From an uncultured Acidobacteriota bacterium (GTDB lineage: Bacteria; Acidobacteriota; UBA6911): a stretch of 64,000 bases of DNA. Position 1 is the stretch's first letter, and each line of letters opens with the position of its first letter. Positions 1 to 9,334 of this stretch are shown here, one piece after another. The stretch covers positions 46,111 to 110,110 of the forward strand of contig CAWHCF010000047.1 in assembly GCA_963827655.1 (NCBI GenBank), read 5' to 3'. A model generated the notes under the pieces. That model did no database searches and had not been told where the DNA came from. It saw only the letters and a list, made by a program, of their open reading frames with translations. The position numbers were made by a program, and so were the translations under genes.

Positions 1-664
1 GTACCACATCGACCTCAAAACGGGCGAGCTACGCACGGGGCCAGCACCAGATTCCACCGAACCACTGCCCTGGCTTGATCGGAGGTATCAGCTTTACGGC
101 CGCGCGGGCTTTTGTCAGATCAGCGAAAACGGTCACGAGGTTCTGGTCTGGCTCAAGGGAGAGGAGGACCGATTCGTCAGCTTCACAGCGGACCAGCACA
201 TCGTGGACGTGGCCGTCGCTCGAGACAGAGCCGTTGTCGTAGCACTGGGGCTTCTTGGCCAAGTGTACGTACTCGACCTCATCCAGGGCACCTTGATCCA
301 GAAGTCTCTCCCAGCCGTATTGCCGCCATGGCTGATCTTGAAGGAAGAACTGGCGCAACTGGCCGCACCTGTGGCGGACCAGCTTCAACTCTTCGCGGGG
401 CAAGGTGAAAATAGCTCCAGGGCATTGTTGTTGGCTTCGAATGTCTTCCGTCTGGCAGTTGAATTGCTGAGCTACGGCGAGGACCATTTGGCCCCGCGCC
501 AACTGGAGACGTTGAAACAAGTCGCCGCGTTCTGGGAAAGTGCTGAGGACTCATTTTGGTCGAGACACGAGGATCCTCTGAAGGATTTCATACAGTCGGA
601 GCAGTGGGCTCAGTTACGGCGAATGGCGCAGGAGACACTGCGCACATTCGACAATGAGCGATGA
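1..664 (+). CDS. 5'-truncated protein, C-terminal WD40/beta-propeller-like blade followed by a small helical domain
   Basis: Frame 2 is open from base 2 (YHIDLKTGELR...) to TGA at 664; FTADQHIVDVAVARDRAVVVALGLLGQVYVLDL resembles a terminal WD40 blade. Confidence 0.55.
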   Translation, partial: YHIDLKTGELRTGPAPDSTEPLPWLDRRYQLYGRAGFCQISENGHEVLVWLKGEEDRFVSFTADQHIVDVAVARDRAVVVALGLLGQVYVLDLIQGTLIQKSLPAVLPPWLILKEELAQLAAPVADQLQLFAGQGENSSRALLLASNVFRLAVELLSYGEDHLAPRQLETLKQVAAFWESAEDSFWSRHEDPLKDFIQSEQWAQLRRMAQETLRTFDNER

Positions 665-865
665 GGACGAAGTTGTCTTCGCCAGCGCCCTCGTTACGTT
701 GTCGACGGGCGAGAGGCCAAGATGCGGCACAGCGTGTGCTGTGCGCCCTTGAATTCTGATTCCCGGCTGAAATCAGTCGCCCTGCTCAATACTTACTCGA
801 AGTCGATTCTGGCTTCTGACTCCTTGCTTCTGACTTCTCAAGTTCCCACGAGCCCCTTGGCTGGT

Positions 866-3800
866 TTAATGAAAATCGTGCGAGACCGTGGCGGGAGGAA
901 GGGGAAGCGGCTCAACACTCCGCGCCTTCACTGAGATTACGTTCTCCTGATTCTGCAAGATGCCCTGAATGAGCAGAAAGGGTTCGTTTACCAGCGCAAC
1001 ACGGTGGTGATCGAAAATGTCGGGGGTAACGATTATGTTCGAAATGCCGGTTTCATCTTCCAAACTTAAAAAGACAAACCCGTTGGCCGTACCCGGACGC
1101 TGGCGCACGATGACGCACCCCGCTACCCGTACAGGCTGGCCATCCGGAATTCTTTGTAAATCCAGAGCGCGCAAAACGCCTATTCTCTTCAATTCATTGC
1201 GGCGGTAAGCAAGAGGATGATGGCCAATGGTCAGCCCGGTTCCGCGAAAGTCTGCGGCCATACGCTCTTCGTCAGTCATCCTGGCCAGGGGTGAACGGCT
1301 GTTTGATTCCGGAAGCTCCTGAAACAAAGGACCGGTGGGGCGTGATGCGCGCTCGGTTTCCCAGAGAGCGTCGCGGCGATGTTTTTTTTCGCTGACTTTC
1401 GATGGGATGAAGTTAAGGGCGCCTATTTCCGCCAGCAGTGTGAGCTCATTCTTTCGCAGCTCGGGAACACGCGCTGCGAGATCGTCGATCCCCTGGATAG
1501 CGAACCGCGCGCGTTCCTGGAGTAATGCGCGGGCGGCCTCTTCGCGAAGGCCCTTGGCGTAGCAAAGTCCCAGGCGCAAGCACTTTTCACCCTGCTCTTC
1601 TTCTATGGTGCAAAGCCAGTTGGAGCGCGTGACGTCAATCGGCTTGATTCTCAAACCATGGCGTTGTCCGTCTTTGATGATGGTAGACGAGTGGTAAAAA
1701 CCCATTGGCTGGTTGTTGAGCAATGCGGCGGTGAATGCAGGAAGGTAATGGCACTTCAGGTAGGCGCTGGCGTAAGCCAGCAGGGCAAAGCTCGCCGCAT
1801 GAGATTCGGGAAAGCCATAGAGCGCGAATGATGTAATGGACTGCACGATGCGTTCCTGTGTCTCTTGATCGATTCCCTTACGATCCATGCCGCGCCGCAG
1901 TTTGATCTCAACTTCCCGCATGCGAGTTTCCGAGCGTTTGAACCCGAGAGCACGGCGCAGTTCCTCGGCTTCCCCGCCCGAGAATCCGGCGCAAATCATG
2001 GCCATTCTCAGCAACTGTTCTTGAAACAGGGGAACCCCAAGCGTGCGGCGAAGCACCGGTTCGAGCGAAGGGTGAAGACAGTCGGGGGGCTCGCGCCTCT
2101 GGCGGCGTCTGATATAAGGATGAACCATTTTGCCGACAATCGGACCGGGGCGGATGATCGCCACCTGGACCACGAGATCGTAAAAAGTTTTGGGACAGAG
2201 ACGCGGGAGAGAGGCCATTTGGGCACGGCTCTCCACCTGAAACATTCCGATCGTGTCGGCTTTTTGTAAAGCAGCGTAAACCGCCGGATCATCTTGCGGA
2301 AGGTGCGCGAGATCGACCTCTTCCCGGTATGAGTCGCGTATCAATTCAATCGTATCTTCCAGCACCGCCATCATCCCGAGACCCAGCAGATCGACCTTCA
2401 GGATGCCCATGTCGGCACAGTCCTCTTTATCCCACTGAACCACGACCCGGCCGGGCATCGTGGCGGGCTCCAGCGGAACAATGGAGTCCAGTTGCCCCTG
2501 GCAAATTACCATTCCGCCGGAATGCTGCCCCAGGTGCCGCGGGAGGTCCTGCGCCGAGACATAAAGTTGCAGAAATTTCTGAATGCGAGGATCGGCCAGG
2601 TCGAGCCCGGCATCGCGGAACTGGCGTTCCGTCGTGTCCTTGGGATCCTTCCACTCCCAGGTCCGGACCAGGCTTGAAAGGCGGCTCAGGGTCGCTTCAT
2701 CGAATCCCAGGACTTTCCCGACCTCGCGCGCGGCGGAGCGCCCGCGATAGGTAATCACATTCGCCGTCATAGCGGCGCCCAATCTCCCATAGCGCTCGTA
2801 AACGTACTGGATGGCGCGCTCGCGATGATCGCCGCTGGGAAGGTCGAGATCGATGTCCGGCCACTCGCCCCGTTCCTCGGAAAGAAACCGCTCGAAGAGT
2901 AGCTCCATGCCCACCGGGTCGACGGCGGTAATTCCCAGCGAGTAACAAACGGCGCTGTTGGCGGCCGAGCCCCGGCCTTGAATCAAAATGCCCTGATCGC
3001 GGCAAAAATTGACGATGTCCCAAACAATCAGAAAATAGCCGGGCAGATCGAGTTTTTCGATCAGCTCCAGTTCGCGCGCAATCTGGCGGTGCGCGCGGGC
3101 ATAGGTTTCAGGCGTGCGATAGCGGCGGCGGGCCCCTTCGTCCGTGCGCCGGCGCAGAAACGATATCATCGTCTCGCCGGCCGGGACCGGGTACTTAGGG
3201 AACTCGTATCCTAAATCGGCAAGCGTGAAATCGAGCCGCCCGGAGAGTTCTACCGTGTTGGCGATGGCTTCGGGCTGATCGGCGAAAAGTTCCGACATGA
3301 CGGCGGCCGGCTTCAAGTATCGTTCGGAGTTTCTGGCCAGGAGACGGCCCGCCGAATCGAGACGCGTCTTCTTGCGCACGCATGTGAGCACGTCCAATAG
3401 TTCGCGCTGCTCCGGAACGGCATGGCGCGCTTCATTGGTAGCGAGCAAGGGGAGCCGGAGTCTGCGGGCTATTTCAATCACGCCCTGGTTGCGAGCTTCT
3501 TCCTCGCGGCTGAAATGGCGTTGCAGCTCGGCATATACTCCCTTTTTTCCGAACACCTGCGACATCCATTCAGCCCGGCGGCTTGCGTCCTCGAGTCCGC
3601 TTCGAAGTGAAAAGGCCAGCGGCCCCTCCTCCCCGCCGGTCAGGCAGATCAGACCCCCGGCGTGCTCCGCAATTTCTTCCAGCGTCGCCCGGCCTTCCCC
3701 TTTTTTGGCGCGCAATTTCATCTTCGTGACCAGCCGGCAGAGATTCTGATACCCCGCGCGGTTTTGAACCAGCAAGGGCCAGCGGCTCCCCTCGAAGGTA

Positions 3801-4009
3801 GTGATTTCCGAGCCGATGTGGGCCCGGATTCCCAGTTTCTTTGCCGCTAAATGGAATCGAGGCGCGCCGTAAACGCCGTCGTGATCGAGCAGCGCCAACG
3901 CAGGGCTGCCGAGTTCGGCCGAGCGGGACGCCATCTCCTCCGGAAGCGACGCTCCTTCAAGAAAACTGAAGGCGGAGCAGGCGTGAAGCTCAACGTACGA
4001 TTCAGTCAT
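866..4009 (-). CDS. dnaE2: Error-prone DNA polymerase III alpha (DnaE2/ImuC)
   Basis: PHP N-terminus YVELHACSAFSFLEG, GRGSAANS, PDIDLD, YGFPESHAASFA, RQRPGTA, C-terminal SHDFH; ATG 4009 overlaps the imuB stop (ATGACTGA). Confidence 0.97.
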   Translation of the reverse strand: MTESYVELHACSAFSFLEGASLPEEMASRSAELGSPALALLDHDGVYGAPRFHLAAKKLGIRAHIGSEITTFEGSRWPLLVQNRAGYQNLCRLVTKMKLRAKKGEGRATLEEIAEHAGGLICLTGGEEGPLAFSLRSGLEDASRRAEWMSQVFGKKGVYAELQRHFSREEEARNQGVIEIARRLRLPLLATNEARHAVPEQRELLDVLTCVRKKTRLDSAGRLLARNSERYLKPAAVMSELFADQPEAIANTVELSGRLDFTLADLGYEFPKYPVPAGETMISFLRRRTDEGARRRYRTPETYARAHRQIARELELIEKLDLPGYFLIVWDIVNFCRDQGILIQGRGSAANSAVCYSLGITAVDPVGMELLFERFLSEERGEWPDIDLDLPSGDHRERAIQYVYERYGRLGAAMTANVITYRGRSAAREVGKVLGFDEATLSRLSSLVRTWEWKDPKDTTERQFRDAGLDLADPRIQKFLQLYVSAQDLPRHLGQHSGGMVICQGQLDSIVPLEPATMPGRVVVQWDKEDCADMGILKVDLLGLGMMAVLEDTIELIRDSYREEVDLAHLPQDDPAVYAALQKADTIGMFQVESRAQMASLPRLCPKTFYDLVVQVAIIRPGPIVGKMVHPYIRRRQRREPPDCLHPSLEPVLRRTLGVPLFQEQLLRMAMICAGFSGGEAEELRRALGFKRSETRMREVEIKLRRGMDRKGIDQETQERIVQSITSFALYGFPESHAASFALLAYASAYLKCHYLPAFTAALLNNQPMGFYHSSTIIKDGQRHGLRIKPIDVTRSNWLCTIEEEQGEKCLRLGLCYAKGLREEAARALLQERARFAIQGIDDLAARVPELRKNELTLLAEIGALNFIPSKVSEKKHRRDALWETERASRPTGPLFQELPESNSRSPLARMTDEERMAADFRGTGLTIGHHPLAYRRNELKRIGVLRALDLQRIPDGQPVRVAGCVIVRQRPGTANGFVFLSLEDETGISNIIVTPDIFDHHRVALVNEPFLLIQGILQNQENVISVKARSVEPLPLPPATVSHDFH

Positions 4010-5330
4010 ACGTTCCTTCAATGAACCAGGAGCCGCTGTCCAGATCGCGCGCGATGCGGCAGAGCGTCCCGTTATTCAGTTCGACATCCCATTCGTCCTT
4101 GGACCATCTTTCAGCAGACCACCATTCACCGGAGGTCCGCCACGGACCCGAGGATGCCACGACATCGCCCTGAACCGCCTGGAGCGATCCGGTTCTCGCC
4201 GGCGCAACGCGGACGGGAAACCCAAGAGGCGCCTCGACTTCAGCGCACAACGGGGGGCGAAACACCCGGAACCCGGCGAGACAGAGGCGCTGGGAGACGG
4301 CCGGATTAGCCTGGCCCGGGCCATTTTCCGGCCCGGTGAAATGCCGGATGCGAAAAGCTCCAGGGCGATGTGTGTCTACAAGCTCTGCTGCTCCGACGTT
4401 ATCGGATCCGACCAGCTTCGCAATCCGCGCCAGTGTCAGTTCCAGTTTTTCCGGCGCCGGCGATGGAGGCACGAAGAGTCCATTCTGAATCACCCGCGGT
4501 TTCACAGGCTCGGCCGCAAGCCAGACTGCCAGGACCGGCGCCTGAGGAGGATGACGTTCCACATCAAGCTCGAGCAGCTTCAGTAAGGTTTTGGCATCGC
4601 GCATGGCGAAAGGGAGCCGCATTCTTCGCTCATTCTCGCTCCGGTTCTCCAGTTTCAAACGAAGCCTGAGTTCGTTGGTAGCCAGCGAGCGCGTCTTGAG
4701 ATGCGCGCAGAGCCGGGTTAGCAGGCTCGCCAGAATGAAGGAGAGCGGCTCTAAAAGCGATACCGGATGCTCCAGCTCGGCCCCGGTCTCGAAATTGATC
4801 ACCGGCCGCGCGGGAACCAGTGGCCGATCGCTCGCGCCTTTTGCGAGCCTTTGCAAGCGGACGCCTTCCATTCCCAGTCGCTGGGAGAGGCCGGCCTCAG
4901 GGAGAGCCACGAGATCCCCAAAGCGGCGGATTCCCCAAATTCGGAGTGTCTGTTCAATTTCAAGCGCGCGGGAATCGTCGATTCCGGCCAGGAGAGGGGA
5001 AAGGATTTCCAGCGGCAGGCCACCCAAAAATTCCGCTTCCTGGCCGGGGGGTATGACGGAGATGCCTGGAAAACCTCGGGCGGCATGGAAAGCTGCGTCG
5101 GGATTACTCGCGATTGCGATGTTGACCTTGAGTCCCAGCTCCGCAGCGCTGCGCGCGATTTCGTGCGCGATATTCCGTGGCGAGCCAAACAGGCTGCTCG
5201 ATCCTCCGGCGTCCAGGATCACGGCGTCCAGCGCGCTATCCTCGACGTGAGGCGAGAATCGGCGGGCGCATTCGAGTAACAATGCGCGCCTGGAATCGGG
5301 CAGTTCAGCCCCATAGATACAGGCAAACAT
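4002..5330 (-). CDS. imuB: Y-family polymerase-like ImuB
   Basis: MFACIY start, FSPHVE, clamp-type QNGLF motif, C-terminal GPWRTSGEWW...WFIEGTYD; lies between imuA and dnaE2. Confidence 0.92.
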   Translation of the reverse strand: MFACIYGAELPDSRRALLLECARRFSPHVEDSALDAVILDAGGSSSLFGSPRNIAHEIARSAAELGLKVNIAIASNPDAAFHAARGFPGISVIPPGQEAEFLGGLPLEILSPLLAGIDDSRALEIEQTLRIWGIRRFGDLVALPEAGLSQRLGMEGVRLQRLAKGASDRPLVPARPVINFETGAELEHPVSLLEPLSFILASLLTRLCAHLKTRSLATNELRLRLKLENRSENERRMRLPFAMRDAKTLLKLLELDVERHPPQAPVLAVWLAAEPVKPRVIQNGLFVPPSPAPEKLELTLARIAKLVGSDNVGAAELVDTHRPGAFRIRHFTGPENGPGQANPAVSQRLCLAGFRVFRPPLCAEVEAPLGFPVRVAPARTGSLQAVQGDVVASSGPWRTSGEWWSAERWSKDEWDVELNNGTLCRIARDLDSGSWFIEGTYD

Positions 5331-6117
5331 GGATTAATTGGCAATTTCTTGTTTTTTGACAAGATTTCCTAGTGTTTCTTCGTGTCTTCGGTCTTAGTGG
5401 TATTTGTTCCGCGCTAACCACGAAGACACGAAGACGCGAAGAAACACGGAATATTCTTGGTTCCAGCGGAGACAAAACCGGCTTGGTTCGTTCGACCTGG
5501 AACCGAATCCCATGCAATAGACCGGCGGCGCCGCATCCCTTCCATTCCGGATTCCCTCGCTTCATTTTTAGTGCCAGGGCACATGATTGGGCTTGAGGCT
5601 CCTGGTCGATTACAACCAGACCGGTAGGCGTTGCCTCAATAGCATGGTGAAAACGAAACCAGAAAGGAGACGGAATTCGACTGGCATGACGGGGTGAAAC
5701 GTCCCCTAGATCCAGGATTACAATCCCGAAGCCCCCTCCCTGCAGCAAAAATTCCGTTGCCTTGAACGCATGCTCGATGTTGGCAGCGCATCGAATCCAT
5801 AGCAGGCGATTTAAATCAACCCCGGCGGCTGAAGCAGAGGTGGGATCGAGCGAATCATTGCAATCGACCAGAGCGCAGATCTCCTGGCGTGTGGTTGCTT
5901 CGGCCAGAATGCTCACGGCAAGGGTCGTCCGTCCTGACGATCGAGATCCGAAAATTTCCGTGATGGCCCCGCGTGGAATTCCTCCAATTATCGAATCGAC
6001 CGCCGGAATTCCACTGGAGATTACCTCGGGACCCGGCTTTTCACGGAAGCGGACAGCAGGTCCGAAACGACTGGTCAGCACGGACTCTAACTCCCTGAGC
6101 GCGACCTTCTCTGGCAT
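5305..6117 (-). CDS. imuA: RecA-like ImuA
   Basis: GGIPRGAITEIFGSRSSGRTT Walker-A-like, LDPTSASAAGVDLNRLLWIRC, LLQGGGFGIVILDLGD; first gene of the cassette; ATG 6117 preferred over GTG 6126. Confidence 0.88.
   Translation of the reverse strand: MPEKVALRELESVLTSRFGPAVRFREKPGPEVISSGIPAVDSIIGGIPRGAITEIFGSRSSGRTTLAVSILAEATTRQEICALVDCNDSLDPTSASAAGVDLNRLLWIRCAANIEHAFKATEFLLQGGGFGIVILDLGDVSPRHASRIPSPFWFRFHHAIEATPTGLVVIDQEPQAQSCALALKMKRGNPEWKGCGAAGLLHGIRFQVERTKPVLSPLEPRIFRVSSRLRVFVVSAEQIPLRPKTRRNTRKSCQKTRNCQLIHVCLYLWG
5372..5448. repeat. Inverted array of degenerate CACGAAGA 8-mers inside the imuA 3' end
   Basis: gtgtttcttcgtgtcttcggtcttagtggt ... accacgaagacacgaagacgcgaagaaacacg. Confidence 0.85.
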
Positions 6118-6120
6118 TAT

Positions 6121-6140
6121 ATTCACCTTTTATTCACCTT
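6121..6140 (-). promoter_or_regulatory. Candidate LexA/SOS operator, direct repeat with 11-bp period
   Basis: Minus strand AAGGTGAAT-aa-AAGGTGAAT (GAAT-N7-GAAT) immediately upstream of the imuA ATG. Confidence 0.6.
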
Positions 6141-6143
6141 GGC

Positions 6144-6173
6144 ATTTTGCATTGCCCGGCGTTTAGCTGTCAA
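6144..6173 (-). promoter_or_regulatory. sigma70-type promoter of imuA-imuB-dnaE2
   Basis: TTGACA-N18-CAAAAT on the minus strand. Confidence 0.5.
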
Positions 6174-6176
6174 CGG

Positions 6177-6260
6177 GATTGACGATTTACGATTGACGAT
6201 TTACGATCGGAAAACTGGATCCTGATTTTAATCGTCAATCGTCAATCGTAAATCGTCAAT
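6177..6260. repeat. Heptamer (GACGATT/TACGATT) tandem repeat in inverted arrangement (hairpin)
   Basis: gattgacgatttacgattgacgatttacgat ... aatcgtcaatcgtcaatcgtaaatcgtcaat. Confidence 0.95.
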
Positions 6261-6261
6261 G

Positions 6262-6575
6262 CTTATAAACGTGGTCAAGCACTTCAAGTGGAAACCGGGG
6301 AAAAGGCGCATTCATGCCAACCGATTCCGGAAATGCCGATGCAGGCCTTGGCTTGAAGCTGAAATTTCTCCAGCGATTGTATTGCCTGGGAGCTACTTCA
6401 GCTCAGGCTCTCCTGGGAGAAACAGTTCAGGGTCAGCGGTCGCGAGGGGAGTTCGTGAAATCTTCTTTGCTCCCAGGTCATGGCAACCGTTCACCCGTCA
6501 TCCATTCTGCGGGCGCCCGACGACGAGACGCCGGTCGAGCGGCAAAGGTTCATCGATGATTTGAAAAAACTGAAG
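6262..6575 (+). pseudogene. udgX: C-terminal remnant of UdgX-type (family 4) uracil-DNA glycosylase
   Basis: Pieces in three frames: NVVKHFKWKPGKRRIH, CRPWLEAEI, CLGATSAQALLG, ATVHPSSILRAPDD; N-terminal half absent. Confidence 0.85.
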
Positions 6576-6580
6576 TCGAT

Positions 6581-6656
6581 ACGACGATTGACGATTGCAT
6601 GGCTAGGCGACGCTGACTGGCCGGGTTTTCAATCGTCAATCGTCAATCGTCAATCG
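6581..6656. repeat. Heptamer GACGATT inverted repeat
   Basis: acgacgattgacgattg ... aatcgtcaatcgtcaatcgtcaatcg; supplies the stop codon of the LVIVD gene. Confidence 0.85.
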
Positions 6657-7714
6657 AAGGATGAGCAGGCCGGCTTCGCCGTCGGCCAGAAAAACGGTGA
6701 TGCTGCCGTCCGGAGCGGATTCCGCCTGAACTCCAAGCGCCGTTCCGCTGGTATGGTATTCGGCTGCAATACGAGGTTTTTGTAAATCGTCAACGTCGAG
6801 CACTGTCAGTCCCCGTTTCCAGTTGGCCACGAAGACATAACGCCCGCTCCAGGCAACCCCGTGCGCCCAACCGCCCGATTCCGGATGAGCTCGATCTTTG
6901 GGGTTCAAACCCAATGAGTGGCGGGCAATCACCCTTGGCTGTGCCGGGTCCGAGAGATCTACCAGGCTTACCCCGCCATGCCCTTCCGCAACCGCCGCCA
7001 TAGGACGTCCATCGGGTGAGTTCCCCAGAGCCAGCGCAATTGCGGTGGCCGGCGTAGGGACTACGGCGATTTCCACAGGTTTTTCCGGAGCCCGGATATC
7101 GACGATACGCAGGCCGTAGTTCCAGTCGGCAAGGAGCGCGTGCTCCCGCCAGAGCTTGACATCGTGGGACCACCCGGGTGAGGCGAGCCCCGCAATCTGG
7201 CGAATCCCGTCTTTGCCCGGCTGAGCCACGACCAGGCCGTGCAGGCCAAATGCGACGAACGCCAGGTCGCCGCGCGTCGAGACGTAGTTTGCGATCTCGT
7301 TTTCAAACGCGAGCCGGCCGAGCACCGCTCCGTCGGGAGCCATGTGAACCAGTCCTTCGAACCGCGCGGCCAGCAGCAGGCCATCAGCCCGTGGGGCAAG
7401 CGAAATGACATCTGCCACCGGGGTGAAGGTCTGAGGCGAAGTTAACCCTTGGTCCCGCCGAAATACGAGGAGTCCCGCCTGGCGATCAGAGACGTAGATC
7501 TTGTTGTCTGCCAAAGCTACGTCGTGGGCCCATCCTGGAGTGTCGAAGCGCGCGGTCTCTTCGATGCGATAACGTCTCGAGCCGTGAATACAGGCCGAAA
7601 TGCAGAAAACCAGTGCGGCGAGAAGCGCAGTAGGCAGTCGCTTTCGGCCTTCCGACGCTTAGCTGATGGTAGCGCGGCGGAACTCCCACTTTCTTTGTTG
7701 TCTTGATTCGACAT
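6636..7714 (-). CDS. LVIVD-repeat beta-propeller lipoprotein (frameshift or non-ATG start near 7640-7660)
   Basis: TPGWAHDVALADNKIYVSD, SPGWSHDV, GGWAHGVAWSGRYVFVANW repeats; in-frame upstream lipoprotein-like LLAALVFCISAC but no in-frame ATG before the TAA at ~7660. Confidence 0.7.
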
Positions 7715-7761
7715 TCAACGAAGGCAGTAGTCTACCTCGTTAATGCCCTTCTGCCTACTGC

Positions 7762-8538
7762 TTACTGCCTTACTGCTTTGCTCAAATTGCGGTAGTAAAT
7801 CAGCCCGCGTTTGTAGCCGAGCCGGAACGGTTCCTGCTCGTGGATTTCACGATAATGTTTCCGCAGGTGCGGGCGTGCTTTGCTGAAGCTTTTGCCGCGT
7901 ACCGCCGGATGCAATGCAGCCTCGAATCCCTGCCGGTAGGCCGATTCGTCGGTGGCAAAATCTCTTTCTCCAGCCCTGTAATGCTCGGCTTCAGCATCTC
8001 GCAGCCCAATCCACCACTGTTTCCGCGCCGCATCGATGCTTTCGGCCCCCACTTCCTCAAATGCCGTGCGCGCTGCATCGGCCTGTCCCTCGTCATCGGC
8101 AAGCGCAATAACGACCGTGCGCCCTCGTCGAAGAGCGTCTTCGTAAACAAAGAGCTCATCCTTCGGGAGACCGTCGGACATCGAATTCTCCAGCGCGCCA
8201 CCGGCTGCCGCCCCGGCCGCCGCCCCGCCGGCTCCCAGCAGAGCGGCCGCGTAGAGCCCGGCCGCCGCGACGGCCCCCACGCCCGGCACCGCCAGGCTGG
8301 CGAATGCGGCCCCAATCGGGCCCAGGGCCGCGCCAGTGACTCCTCCGACGACAGCTCCGATGGCTTTCCCCATTCCGGGCTGCTCAGTTTCCAAGGTTGG
8401 GACTTCTGTAAGCGCTCTCGCGGAATCGCTGGGAGTCAGGAAATTGATGTTCTCGTCGCTTATACCAAGCGCGCGCAGCTTAAGGATCGCGTGCCGCGCT
8501 TCCGAGGAAGAGTTAAAAACACCGGTAACAGCTTTCAT
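7762..8538 (-). CDS. General-stress-protein-like protein with glycine-zipper hydrophobic segment
   Basis: MKAVTGVFNSSSEARHAI..., Gly/Ala-rich hairpin, GLPKDELFVYEDALRRGRTVV; GGAGG RBS before ATG 8538. Confidence 0.75.
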   Translation of the reverse strand: MKAVTGVFNSSSEARHAILKLRALGISDENINFLTPSDSARALTEVPTLETEQPGMGKAIGAVVGGVTGAALGPIGAAFASLAVPGVGAVAAAGLYAAALLGAGGAAAGAAAGGALENSMSDGLPKDELFVYEDALRRGRTVVIALADDEGQADAARTAFEEVGAESIDAARKQWWIGLRDAEAEHYRAGERDFATDESAYRQGFEAALHPAVRGKSFSKARPHLRKHYREIHEQEPFRLGYKRGLIYYRNLSKAVRQ

Positions 8539-8560
8539 GTTCACCTCCGTGAACAAACAA

Positions 8561-8576
8561 CGCAACTCGCATTCCA
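8561..8576 (-). promoter_or_regulatory. sigma54 -24/-12 promoter
   Basis: TGGAATG-CGAG-TTGCG (GG-N10-GC) about 23 nt upstream of ATG 8538. Confidence 0.6.
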
Positions 8577-8944
8577 CAGGCAGACAGCCAACTGTTAGAG
8601 AGAGTTGAACTTGGAAATCTCCTGGCGAATGTCCCACCAGGAGGTGACCGTGAAGCAGGAAAAAATCCTCTGTGCTCCCTGAATACCACAAGACGTGAAG
8701 ACGCGAAGAAACACCAAGATCAAACAAGGCTTGAGAAGAGCACGGTGGAAGCGTAAAGTAGATCCATAATCTCAATCGGGCTGCTCGTGGGACTCACCGA
8801 CACTTGGAGCCCAGGCGTGACAAGGGAAGTCAGACCGGTCCGAAAAGCGCAGGTGGTTGTTTTTTCTGATTCGCCGAAGTTTCCCAATGATCAGGAATCT
8901 TCACGGTATAAATCGGTCCAAGGGTGTGATCCAGCAGGTTCCAT

Positions 8945-9310
8945 GTGAAAATCCTCGTCGTTGATGATGATCCGGCGATGCGTCTCGTCGCCTCGATTGC
9001 CCTCGAACAGGTTGGCGGGTTCGAGGTTCTGCTCGCGCAGGGAGGCCTCGAGGCGATTGAATGCGCCAGACAAAACAAGCCTGACGCTATCTTGATGGAT
9101 CTGGTCATGCCCGACGTTGATGGGCCCGACGTTCTTCAAACACTGCGGAAGCACGAGTCTACCGACAAGATACCCATAATCTTCCATACAGCGAAGACGG
9201 ATCCTTCAGAAGTCAGAGGGATGCTTGCTCTCGGCGCAAAAGGAGTTATTGGAAAACCCTTTGATCCGGCGGCGCTGGCAGAAGAAATCGAGCGAATTCT
9301 GGAGTCCTGA
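8945..9310 (+). CDS. Single-domain response regulator (CheY-like)
   Basis: ILVVDDD, ILMDLVMPDVDG, IPIIFHTA, GKPFD. Confidence 0.93.
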   Translation: MKILVVDDDPAMRLVASIALEQVGGFEVLLAQGGLEAIECARQNKPDAILMDLVMPDVDGPDVLQTLRKHESTDKIPIIFHTAKTDPSEVRGMLALGAKGVIGKPFDPAALAEEIERILES

Positions 9311-9334
9311 AGAAGTCTTCAAAGCACCTGGCCT

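Noticed and set aside
29-520. 163-aa minus-strand ORF
   Set aside because: Antisense shadow of the plus-strand frame that is open from base 2 and has protein-like motifs
6177-6656. Repeats as a CRISPR array
   Set aside because: Units are 7-nt tandem/inverted repeats without unique spacers, and no cas genes are in the window
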